This document shows positions 51,425-63,327 of a DNA stretch of 64,000 bases, piece after piece (the stretch's first letter is position 1; each line of letters begins with the position of its first letter). Under the pieces are notes generated by a model. The model had not been told where the DNA came from. It ran no database searches and saw only the letters and a list, made by a program, of their open reading frames with translations. Both the position numbers and the translations under genes were made by a program. Origin of the DNA: Podarcis filfolensis (Eukaryota). The stretch is from assembly GCA_964270895.1 (NCBI GenBank), contig OZ185436.1; one strand, given 5' to 3'.

Positions 51425-51631
51425 GTACTGGGAAGTCCTTGCTGTCTTTGTCTCACGTGAATGGCAGTGCTGTGTGACTTAACGGCCGCCCACTGGCCCT
51501 ATGAGGCACCTTGCTAAATTGTGTGTGGTGGAAGGCCTTTTCTTGGTTTCTCTGCATTTCACGCATGTTGTTTTTGTGCTTGTTTTTTAAAAATTAGAAA
51601 CGTCTGCAAGTTTGACTTACCACTGACACAT

Positions 51632-51699
51632 TTTTGATGTTATGTTATCTTACCTTTTTAGCAGGTTTTGATGTTATGTTATCTTACCTTTTTAGCAGG
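51632..51699. repeat. Perfect 2 x 34-bp tandem duplication
   Basis: ttttgatgttatgttatcttacctttttagcagg at 51632-51665 and 51666-51699. Confidence 0.95.
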
Positions 51700-52391
51700 T
51701 TTTCTTTTTCATCACAAATATTGCCAACTTCCCATCGATGTTCTTTTCTTTGTTTTTTGGTTGTTTTCAGGAAGAGATTTTTTGGATAAGGTCTGGGTCA
51801 TCCACTTTGGAGCTGTTTGATGTGTGATGATTAACCTTGTACAGATGTGCGGAGACTCGGGGGGAGGTCCCTCATTTTGTACTGACCATGAGAGGGGCAG
51901 TCACCAGAGCTAAAAATAGTGTCGCCTCAGGTGACAAATATATTTTTGCAAAATATTTTGTATACAATGTTCTGTAATGGGCTCCCCCATCACCACCAAA
52001 GTCCTATAGTGTTTCATATCCTTCCCCGGTACAACCTTGTTTAAGATAGATCTGGAGATTGGGGAGAATTTTTCAGAAGAGAGTTGTGTAAGAAAAATGG
52101 TTGATACAATTCATTCCTGAACCCAAAGGAATATTTGGCAAAATCCCTTCCCCATTTTGCAACCCTAAAATATCAGGAGATAATTGGGGAGGGCATTGCA
52201 GCTCTGCTCTATTAACTGTATTTTGAAGTAAAATGTAATACCTGCATCAGCTATCAATGTTTTACTTGCCTAGATACTAATCTGTGCATGTGGACAATTC
52301 TCCTCAGCTATGTTATTTGGGGAAAAAGAGTCCACTAAAATCAGTTGAAAACTTATTCCCAAATGCATTTGGGATCATGCTGTTAGGTATA

Positions 52392-52646
52392 CAGTGGTAC
52401 CTCAGTTTGTGAACGTCTCCATTGGTGATGGTTTCGGTTTTCAAATGCCAAAAACCCAGAAGTAAACGCTTCCATTTTCAAACATGCCTCGGAAGTCAAA
52501 TGGCTTCCGCTGAGGTGCCACTGTATTTTTCTCAATTTTCTCTATGAAATTTGCAGACCACCCTTTGCGCCTCGGTTTTCAAACATTTCAGAACTCTAAC
52601 AGTCTTCCAGAACAGAGAAATACGTTTGAAAACTGAGGTACCACTG
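52392..52646. mobile_element. Tc1/mariner (pogo/Tigger-like) MITE, CpG-decayed
   Basis: TIR cagtggtacctcagttt / aaactgaggtaccactg (17 bp perfect), TA on both sides. Confidence 0.88.
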
Positions 52647-55600
52647 TATACCTAACAGCATGATCTGTTTAGGGGACAGCTCCTTATCTGTACAGGGCCC
52701 AAGCCTTAGCCCAACTTCTTAATAAGGTGATACCCCATTGTCCAGGTTCTGCTCCTTTAGACTGCAGTGAGGGCTCCTGCGATTGAATGTTCCCCCACTG
52801 AAAAATAAAAAATCCACACGTTTAAACAAATTAGAAAGGAGAACTTTTGTGTTGTTTTCAGTGTGAGAAAAAGTGATGTCATGTCCTACTTCATTAATCA
52901 AGATTTAGCAAGAGACAGATAGGCATCTATAGCTCTATAGATCTATAGCTCTGGGCCTGCTTAGCAAATTCTTTACTTCAGCAAGCACAGAATCAAACAT
53001 TGCCTAATAAAGGACAGTCTCTTTAATCCACCTTTAGAAAAACTCAAAATAGCAACAGGAATTTGATTGCTCAACTCAAGTCCACTTCTTTACATAGCAT
53101 AAGATAACTGAACCTCTCATTGGCTGCCAGGAAATCCTTCTAGTCACTCCATGCATTTGTAAAAACCAGACTGGGCATATTTCATGTGAGAGTCTCAAGG
53201 ACTTTTCCACCTCAGTGACCCTGGTCATAATTGCCAAACATTGAATCAGCTGTTGGGTTGTAAGCCAGAAGAACACATCACTGGCAAGTGTTGCAACTTT
53301 GGAAAACCAGGAAAGGTTGCATACATTAGACAAATTGTCTGCAGCAATCTTGCAGGGAGACTTTTCCAAATTCTTCAAATTATATGGTAGTTCCAGGGGA
53401 TAAGTGAATATGGTGCCTATTTAAGCATGATGCACATTAACACAGACCCTGATAGGTATAGGGCTAATTTGAGGTGCAACTCTAATAATACAAGTTGTGT
53501 AAAAAAATAAATAAAGAGCATTACAGAGGAATAAATCAGAAGGGGATTTTAAAGATATATATGGCTTGCAAAAAATGACCCAGCTCATTTTAATAAATCC
53601 TGAATCTCCTCAACATTACCATTCTTTATGTTCCATTTCTTTGCATTCACATGTTCATATTCTCTGTGTGGGCTAGGAGATCAGTCCTGTCCATCCCCTT
53701 GGACAAGAGCTAGAGGAAAATCTCCTGAGACTTGTCCTTTCACTGTGATTCTAATCTTAAAATCTTAGATGTACATTTGAGTGTTCCGTTGCATTTGTTT
53801 GTTTTGAATGCTTTGGCGTCGTCCCAAGTGGGCCATTCTTCAGTGCACAAAGAACCTCTTAGTTTGCCTTTTCTTGTGTCTGATTCTCAGACCTGAGCTT
53901 TGTCTTCCCTTTGTTGTTGCCTCATACTGGTGCTCACATTATTAAACACAATGTAATGCTCATTGGTGTGAAAGGACAGAGAGAGACTCTTTTGTGAAAG
54001 TACTTTAAATGTGTGTGACAGTAGGAAACCAATGATGCCCATGCTCTACAAACTAGCCCTAATGAGTCATTCAAACCTGAAAACCCAGGATGTCTTTCTT
54101 TCTTTGCATTTTACAAATTGTAGAAAGAAAATGGTGCTATCTATCTGTATTGTTTACTGGTATAAAGTCAAGATTTTATTTTTGGACAGGATGCTGTCTG
54201 TCGCAGCTGGAAAACTCTCAGTGGGAACAATTTAACCATTTTCCACTTTGCTTTTAAAAAATGCCACTCACTAAAAAAAAAAAGACTAATAAAACCACTT
54301 GTTTAAATGTCAGTGTTACTCCCATGCACATCACTTTGAACTCAATATTCTCTGGGCAGTTTGTAAATCCAGCTGCTTAGTAAGAGCTGCATCCCTGACC
54401 GCTTATCCACTTGATGAAGGCTTGGGGGAGCATTCGACCCCCTATTTGTGAAACGTTATGCCATTCAAAATGATACATAAATGCCAGCACTGTTAGACAG
54501 CTGGTTACAGCTGCCACACCAGATCACTTCAGAACATCATTCTACATAATCCAAAGAAAAATAGGAATATGTTTTGCCCGCTTTGGGCTATGTCCTGCCT
54601 AAATTGTGAATAAAAGGGTCTCTCAGTTGACATGTTTACTCAGTGGGGTTGCCAGTCACTATGAGGTCAATATGGTGGTCGTATGAGCCTTATTGCTCTG
54701 ACATACTATGCACACTGGACAGTATCCAATAATCCTTTGTCATGTTCCCTCCTTCCTTCTGGTGTGAAAGAGAGCTAGAGCTGTATCTAATCTACCAAGA
54801 TGAGAGGGAAGACTGAAATTACCTTAATACTACCAGCTCTCCATTACTATCGGCATAAAATGAGGTCTGAATCACCCCCACTCTGTGTAACCTGACAATG
54901 GTACACAAAGATGCTTTGCCATTTATATCCTGGATTCTGATCAAATCAATGTGACTCCATAATCAACCAATAGAAGTTCATTCCTTGTTTTTTACTGAAC
55001 CCTCCAAAGCAGCTTGATTTAGAACCTGTTTCACCCCCTCCCCACCCTTGCTGGTGCCTGTTGTTTTACTATAGGCCTTCTTGTCATTATCTCCTTATTT
55101 TCTTGCTTTTATTTGCCTACCATTTTCCTCCCTCCTTCCCCCACCCCATACACACACACCCCATTGATACCCTCGATGTCAGGATGTTGTCTTAATCTTT
55201 CCAGTATCTTCCTAACTAATTGAGCATTCTTCTTGTTCTTGACCCAGTCACTGTATTGTAGCAGTATTGGTGGTGTGGTGTCATTTTGTGTGATGATTCA
55301 TCACCTAGACTTGAACAGATGTCTGTATTTCCCAAGATGTTGGTACCTCTCAAATATTTCCTAGAACAAATAATGCTGTTGCATAGGGGGGCACGGATGT
55401 CAGGTCTAGAACGAGACATTTTAAGTACTGTACCAAAACTTACAAACAATCAGAAATGTGGCTTCTTTATAACACCAGCAAAAAGAAATAATACTTTTAT
55501 TTTCAAAAGAGAAGAATGTTCCCTGCCCACCTAAACTCAGCAGCTGTTAATTTAAAGCCCACAGGAAGCATGGTGTGACTGTTTGTGGTTCATTTTAAGG

Positions 55601-55886
55601 TAAAAGCTATAATTTCCAGTAATATGCATGACAGCATGCCAAGCATGGGGACGCTGGTGGTGAGCAGGATTTTGAAACAGGGCTGACATGTTTAATAAAG
55701 TTATTGGCAGATACCAAAATGTTTATATCAATTATGTTACGGATTTATCAATCTAATGCACAATTTAAAAATTGGCTAAATTACTGAAAAGTAATCTGTG
55801 ATTTTATTTTATTTTTGACTTAACCAGATAAGAATTTTAGGAGAAAGCCTTACCAAAAATAAGGTGAAGACAGATATTATCAATTA

Positions 55887-56421
55887 CAGTGGTGCCCCGC
55901 AAGACGAATGCCTCGCTAAACGAAAAACCCGCAAGACGAAAGGGTTTTCCGATTTTTTAGCGGCTTCGCAAGACGAATTTCCCTATGGGCTTGCTTCACA
56001 AGATGAAAGCCCATAGGGAAATCTCGGGGACAGCGGGGAAGCGCAGCGCACCTTCTCCTCTGTTCCCGGACCTGTCCTGAAGGCTTGCGGTGGGAGGTCC
56101 GGGAACAGAGGAGAAGGCGCGCAGCGCTTCTCCTCTGTTCCCGGGGCTTGCAGTGGGAGGAGGGTTTTTCCTCCCCACCGCCAACATTCAGAACAGCATT
56201 CTGAATGTTGGCGGTGGGGAGGAAAGCCCTCCTCCCACCGCAAGCCTTCAGGACAGGTCCGGGAACAGAGGGGAAGGCGCGCAGGGGAAGGCGGTCTCCA
56301 TAGGAACGCATTAATTGATTTTCAATGCATTCCTATGGGAAACCGTGCTTCGCAAGACGAAAAACTCGCAAGAAGAAAAAACTTGCGGAACGAATTAATT
56401 TCGTCTTGCGAGGCACCACTG
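55887..56421. mobile_element. Tc1/mariner (pogo/Tigger-like) MITE, young, with palindromic GC-rich interior
   Basis: TIR cagtggtgccccgcaagacgaa / ttcgtcttgcgaggcaccactg (21/22), TA TSD at 55885-86 and 56422-23, repeated subterminal gcaagacgaa motifs, CpGs retained. Confidence 0.92.
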
Positions 56422-57801
56422 TATAGGAGCAGGTTTGGAGGCACCTTCTCATTCAGTCCAAAGACGTAGCTTTTTTTTGCTCCAGAGCTGAACTCTGGTT
56501 CAGCAAACCTGGCTATGGCCAGGGCCAATTGGTCATTGGCTGCATTATCTTCAAATATTTCCACTCTTTGTCCAACCTTTCCTTCCCTAATATGGCAAAG
56601 AATTAATACAAAACCAAGTAGATGGATATGTGGCACTTAATTTTTTTGAGAAGGCCTAAATCACCTAAATCATGAGGGAGGGACAAGAACGGATGGTGCT
56701 CCAGTGTTCAGCTTGATAGACTGCATACCTCTCAAGCAAACGTGAAGCTGAGAGGAAGCTGAGCTCATGTCAGAGGTGAAGAACCAGCTGAGCCATCTCT
56801 TTAAATATTACATCTGTCTTCACCCACAATATACAGAATGGAAAATGGGCAGCCCTGCTTATAAGGTTATGCTGCCACATGCTTTGTTGCTATGCAGGTA
56901 ACATTCTACAATCTCTGTGAAAATCCCTGCTATATGTTAACAGCCTCTTTTGTTACCGTGTGGAGTTCTGAATTAATCTGCCAGTCATAGCTGAACCCTT
57001 GGATTCCAGTGTAATTATTCATAAATAAATCCTCCCAAATAAAAGGCAGAAATTGTGACATTTTTTCATGCCTGAATGTGAATTATGGATAAGTATTGAA
57101 CAAAAAGAGATCAGCAAATTATAATGGGGTTTCTCTTTGAAATTATAACTTGGTTCATAGCCAGGGCCCCAGTTCAAACCTTAATTGTATTCAAACATTT
57201 TAGTTAATTTCCTCTTCATAGTTTTGCATAATGCCATCGAGATATCTCAAGTTTTTAATGGATATTTATGCAGAATGTAAGAGCTCTGATGAAAGTTGTG
57301 AGTCAGTCAGATACCAACCTGTGTAGCTTTTGTTGTTGTTGTGTTTTTTTAAGAGATGCTAAATAAATTCAGCAACAAAATTCACTTTTTAATGTTATGC
57401 CATGGCATTCAGGGTCAGATTATCTATAGACTGGCAGCTCCTAATGCAAAAAATATCAATTCAGCCTCTTTATTTCAAAGTACTGGAGCAAATGTTTGGG
57501 ATCACTTCACCAAACCTCGCAGGATAAGTTGCTCCATTATTAGTCTTCTCCCTGATGCTCAAACCTTGTGGGATGGGGATATTGGAAGTCATATAATGAT
57601 ACAGCTAATCACTTACCCAGGTGGATGATCATTTCATGTGTAAGAGGCACAGGCCCGTGTCCTCTCCACCGCACACCTAAAGTAATTTGTCTTAGGTTTT
57701 CCTTGTGTACACACACGTGATTCTTCCCTCTCAAAATACGGAAATGTTCCCCAAATTGAGCCCTCGGGCATAAGGGACCTGTGCTACATATTTCTTTAGG
57801 T

Positions 57802-57937
57802 CAGGAGTGGCTAACCTCTGTCCCTCTGGATGTTGTTAGACTCCAACTCCCACAGGCAGCTATTGGCTGTGCCAGCTGGGGCAGATGGGAGCTGGAATCC
57901 AGCAGCATCTGGAGAGCAAAAGATTCCCCACACCCTG
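57802..57937. mobile_element. hAT-type MITE (family B) with 8-bp TSD
   Basis: caggagtggctaacct ... agattccccacaccctg flanked by ctttaggt at 57794-57801 and 57938-57945. Confidence 0.85.
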
Positions 57938-59679
57938 CTTTAGGTGCCTGGGTGAAGGGAAGAGGCATGTGCCTGCACCTCCACCATACAAAACGACTGG
58001 CCAGCTGCATAAATGGCTAAGAAGATTGCAATTTTGACTATCTGAGAATCAAATTGTATACATGCTCCCTGCAAAAATGTGATCTAAAAATTAGCTTTCC
58101 CTCAAGATCACGAATACTCATACTTCACCCTCCCCAAATTTCTGTTCGGACCAATATATGAAATCCCTTTTTTTGTGTTCAGAGTAGCTAAACACCATGC
58201 CATTCAATTCTCTTGGCTCAATAATTTTCATAACCAGTTGATCATCTAATTATGGTCATAATATTACACTCTGACATCTTCAAGACAGTCCTTTTCATTT
58301 TATGGTACATTATAATGCCTATTTGAAAATTGCCCTGAATTATGGACTCAGACTTGGCATTTCCTCGTTAGAGATTAGGTGAGTAAATGAGTTTATCTGC
58401 AGGAACATTCAGGCCTGAAGAGTAAGTGTCATCCCTGATGCAGCCAAACATAGAAGACTAACAGGGACATTTGCACTTTGGCAATCACACACAAATGAGA
58501 AGATCATTTATTTCCAAGACAGAAATTCTGACTGAGCAATCACTTGCATTATTTCATAAATTGTTTTCATAGCTCTGACAACTTTGGGGTTGTTCCCCCC
58601 GCCCTCCATTTCCCTACCTTGTATTTCAAAATGCAGTTATATGAGTTCATGTCTGCTATTTCAAACAGTCCATTATTCCCTTTTTAACTTTCTTCCCCAC
58701 TGCCTCTTTACATTTCCCCCCTTACATCACAGTATATTGCTTGCCCAGTCAGTATCTACTAGTATCTTTTTATACTATCCTCTCTGCCTGGACTCCCATG
58801 TTACTTTCTTTCTTACTTACTTAACCAAACCTTTATTAGGCATTACAAATATAGGCCATCATAAAACATTCATATATAACATTTGAAAATATATACAAAT
58901 AAACAGCCATGTAAAATATGTAATAAAGAGGACTTCATGTTACCTTTTTAAATCACCCTGATATAATATATTATGCTGAACTCGCAGCTAAGTAGTCAAG
59001 CTTTACATGCCCAATGTTAACTGGGCACTGTATTGCAACAGAACACATATCCCATTGGCAAGCAAACATTCCTTCACATTTAGGCACACTCTCAAAATAT
59101 AGAGGGAAGCCCTTAAAATATCATATTACAGTGCTTTGCTATTCTCTGTCAAAAACCACTGCATACTGTTTCCAACCTGCCTCAAGTCCTTTCCAAGCTC
59201 CCTTTTCAGTGGAGATTGAATGCCCCATTTAAGCACGCTTTTATGCACTGTTAATACAGGCCTCGTAATTATAGCTCACATACCTGCAATTCTGATTGAA
59301 AGTTCTTGTTTTCTTTTATATAAATTAAGAGTGTTGTTGTGCAATAATAGATATCTAAACAGTGAATTTTTACACTAACCATTATGTTGGACCCTGAAAT
59401 GATTCCATGCCATACTCACCTTATCTCTAATCCTGAAAGCCTGGCTGTTGTGCATGTTTTATTGTAGCTGCTGGTACAGATAGATGATCCTGTAGTCTTG
59501 CTATGCATTAATGATGGTTAACATACAATCCCCTTTATCACACCCCATTCGTTGCTGAAAACCTAATCATTATGAATTTGATTGAATGTATCAATTTGGA
59601 TTTTTGAAAGCCAATGCTGAACTGGTCTTAAGACAGGGAGAAATTACCTGATCTGCTTCTCCACTCTTTTCCTTTTCAG

Positions 59680-59831
59680 AGGCACAGTGTAAACCCTACT
59701 ACTCTGATTACTCTCGCTTCCGACTTCTGATTCATCAAATGTGCACCACCCATTACCTGGATTTATTCATCACAGGTGTGATTGGGCTCAATGTCATCAC
59801 CATGGCTATGGAGCACTACCAGCAGCCAAAG
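59680..59831 (+). CDS. CACNA1G: CACNA1G exon ~27, III-IV linker and domain IV S1
   Basis: ccttttcag|AG GCA; (E/K)[50 protein letters not shown]; donor AAG|gtaggg; 152 nt. The next exon was not found in the window. Confidence 0.97.
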
Positions 59832-60126
59832 GTAGGGCAGGAAAAGTATTTGTAGATGCAAACATTGTTGTAGGCTTGATACGGAATTGGCCTTGCATCC
59901 ATTAACATGGAAAAAAAGAATGAAACAGAAATAAATATGCATTGGCCATTCTACCATGCTGAATGGGAGATGATCGTGATATAGGGATCTCGTTTTTACT
60001 GAGTGAGAGTAGTGTTTGCACCAGCTAAAGAACTGTGGTCAATAGCAGTCATTCAAATCATCATAAACAACACAGAAAGAAACCAAAATAAAGCAGTTGC
60101 ATACAAGGATTATCTTTACAGCCCAT

Positions 60127-60539
60127 TTGTTGTTGTTGTTTAGTCGTTTAGTCATGTCCGACTCTTCGTGACCCCATGGACCAGAGCACGCCAGGCACTC
60201 CTGTCTTCCACTGCCCTCCGCAGTTTGATCAGACTCATGTTTGTAGCTTTGAGAACACTGTCCAACCATCTCATCCTCTGTCGTCCCCTTCTTCTTGTGC
60301 CCTCAATCTTTCCCAACATCAGGGTCTTTTCCAGGGAGTCTTCTCTTCTCATGAGGTGGCCAAAGTATTGAAGCCTCAGCTTCACGATCTGTTCTTCCAG
60401 TGAGCACTCAGGGCTGATTTCCTTAAGAATGGATAGGTTTGATCTTCTTGCAGTCCATGGGACTCTCAAGAGTCTCCTCCAGCACCATAATTCAAAAGCA
60501 TCAATTCTTCGGCGATCAGCCTTCTTTATGGTCCAGCTC
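60127..60539 (-). mobile_element. BovB (RTE clade) LINE, 5'-truncated 3' end
   Basis: Track ORF 60152..60541: SWTIKKADRRRIDAFELWCWRRLLRVPWTARRSNLSILKEISPECSLE...LQYFGHLMRREDSLEKTLMLGKIEGTRRRGRQRMRWLD...AWRALVHGVTKSRT*, followed by a (CAA)n tail. Confidence 0.95.
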
Positions 60540-61413
60540 ATAGCATTGGCTTTAACAAAAATATTTATATTTTTTTCTGCAACTACTGCTAACTCAGTAA
60601 AACACTCAGGGTGTTCTTGTTATAAGCCAACGAGTAAGCAACTCTGTATTAGCTGAGGTGCAAAGTATCTTCCCTAAGGTACCCATATAGCATTAGTCAT
60701 ACATTTTGGAGTTGATAGCAGCAGCAGGGTTGTACTTCCTGAAATACTTCTGTATGTGCTCAACACCAAATCCTACCCTAGGATTTTACTCAGAGTAGAC
60801 CCATTGAAATTAATAGACCTAACTTAATCATGTTTTTAATGTCTGATCTGAGTAAAACATAGCTGATTACCACCCTGATTTTATGACCTTCCTCTAATCA
60901 AGCAACATTAGCTGTTGTTGCATTGCACAGACAAGAGAGATTCTTTGGAAAGTGAGCATATGGCCCAATCTCTCAACTGAATCAAGATGTGAAATTATTT
61001 ACCACCTCTTTGCTAGGTCAAGTAGCTTTTCAGAAGATACAGAAAGAACTGCCTGTTTTTATTTCCAAAAGAGAAATTCATAATCTTCATCAGGCTTTTG
61101 AATTTTATATTCCCCCGTTAGAATGAGAGGTGCTAATCAGGGAGATGCTTTCTTTGGATGCTGCAGAAGGCACTCAGTGGCAGACATTCCTTGAGAGTTG
61201 TTTTTACTATGATAGGATTTGGATCTGTTTCTAAGAACCACTGCAAGGTGCTTTATCATCATGCCTAAGCCTATGGTGGAAACCAGTGGTTTATAACTGT
61301 TTCTTTGTACAATGGAGCAGGGTAGGGTTGCTCCATCTCGTCTCTCATGCTTTCATTAGAACTGTTCACCATTAAGGGCTATCCAATTTGGATAAAAACA
61401 AAGGAGTTCAAAG

Positions 61414-61961
61414 TAGGTATATGGGAGAAATTTGGTTCAATTCACAAATTTAATGTGAGCCTGCCTAATTCACACTTTGGATGAACCAAAATCCTTCAGA
61501 ACTCACCCATCTTTGAATTTTGTAATTAAAAGATATTACGGGGAAGTACACAGAGAAATCCACATATTAGTGAAAATAGCATATGAAAATTCATTACATA
61601 AATCACATACAAAAATGTGTTATGTTAGGGGAAACTGCTTGGAAAAATGGGGCATATTGCAGAAAATTGCATACAAACATATAAATATTAGTGGCGTGAT
61701 CTCTTAGAGTAATCAAATGAAACTTTAACACATGGCATGATGAAAGTCTGTAATTTTATCAGGACAAGTTATTTGTTATTTACTGTTATAACAATTGTTT
61801 TCTCAAAATTTATCTTCTGTACCATGAAAATAAATAAAAAAGTATAAAAATGTAAATATTAGGAAAAACACACTGGAAAGCTGGTGAATTTTCATGAGGA
61901 CTTAAGACTGGGAATGTTAAAAACTGGGAGAACCTGAAATGGACTGATTTGGCCATTCCTA
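61414..61961. mobile_element. Unclassified interspersed repeat, likely a non-autonomous DNA transposon
   Basis: Ends taggtatatgggagaa / ccattccta; AT-rich interior with repeated (t)acaaaaatg..tat units; a possible inverted relative near 49370-49700. Confidence 0.4.
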
Positions 61962-62123
61962 GGGTTCTGAACATTGAAAGCTGTATGTAAATTGCTGGAA
62001 CCCCAGGCCCTCTTGCATTTTACAATTTGGAGAAAGAACGTAATGAACTTTGTTTCCCAAATCTTCAGTTACGTCATCCACTTACAATACAGTGTCTATC
62101 CAAACAACCAAAGGGAACGTTAA

Positions 62124-62268
62124 CAGTGCTTTCTTTCTAGAAAAATAGGTGTCAGTATGTGCCATGAAGTCATTATAGTAAGTGGCACACTTTTTAACAA
62201 CAACAAAAAAGAGGTAAGAGGTACCAGTACTGCGTCCCCTTGAATACTCCCTCCAAAAAAAAGCACCA
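62124..62268. mobile_element. Short non-autonomous DNA element (family A relative)
   Basis: cagtgctttctttctagaaaaataggtgtcagta ... caaaaaaaagcacca; termini like the copies at 1055 and 3012. Confidence 0.5.
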
Positions 62269-63057
62269 GTGTTGACTCAGTTTCTGGGTCTTCTGACACT
62301 TATTTTTTTTTTCTCACTGGCAAACTTATTTCTGTGGGAAATTCTTTCCCAAGGGATGCTTTGTTAATCTTTTTTAAAACTATACTGAAGCTGGCCTTCT
62401 AGATCGCAAAGAGGCTTTATCCCTTACTTTTAATTGCTGCCAAGATAGAATTGGCAGAGATGTGGAGATTATACTCTTTGTCTACTCCTGAGCACTGATT
62501 CTGTCAGATTCAGTGGCAGGGAAAGCACACACATCAACTTAAAGTTTCCCAAGGAAGGGCTAAACCCAATGACCTTTTAGTTGCGCTGATGCTCTTTCTG
62601 TCATTTCCTGGTAGCAAGGACTAAAAAAAGAGAGAGAGAGAGAACTCGGCAAGTACCGGGGGAAAAATTGTTTCTTAAAGTGTCATTATAGGAAACATGA
62701 CATTCCTGTTCACTATGGCAGTCAGTTTTGGCACCATCTTTTTGGACATGGCTTTCTTAGCTCTTACTGTCACCAGGCCACACAAGCACATAAGTGTGTG
62801 CATGTTTATCCTGACAGCTTATCTGCTTTCTTTTCTTCCTTCCCTACATGTTCTCCTTTTCGGAAGCAAAATACAAGGGAATAGCTAGCAAACCATGTCC
62901 TGTTTTTTCAGCTTTCCACATGCACCTGACTGACCCCGTTGGAGAAAGAATGTCGATCTAGAGAAACACCCTTGCAATTCTTGGGTGGTTCATGTGCATT
63001 GTGACACAATTCGCATATGTGACACAAAAGCTGTTTTGTAAACTGCTTAGGGGAATA

Positions 63058-63283
63058 CAGTGGTACCTCGGGTTACATACGCTTCAGGTTACAGACTCCG
63101 CTAACCCAGAAATAGTACCTCAGGTTAAAAACTTTGCTTCAGGATGAGAACAGAAATTGTGCGGTGGTGGCGCAGCAGCAGCATGAGGCCCCATTAGCTA
63201 AAGTGGTGCTTCAGGTTAAGAACAGTTTCAAGTTAAGAACAGACATCCAGAACGAATTAAGTTCTTAACCTGAGGTACCACTG
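63058..63283. mobile_element. Tc1/mariner MITE, copy 1 of tandem pair
   Basis: cagtggtacctcgggtta ... taacctgaggtaccactg; TA on the left only. Confidence 0.9.
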
Positions 63284-63286
63284 ATT

Positions 63287-63289
<3 letters not shown>

Positions 63290-63320
<31 letters not shown>

Positions 63321-63321
63321 A
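63290..63321. repeat. (TAAA)8 microsatellite
   Basis: Direct reading; lies between the two MITE copies. Confidence 0.95.
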
Positions 63322-63327
63322 GCCATA

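Noticed and set aside
55916-56311. 131-aa ORF inside the MITE as a possible transposase
   Set aside because: No DDE or HTH motif; open only because the palindromic interior is GC-rich.
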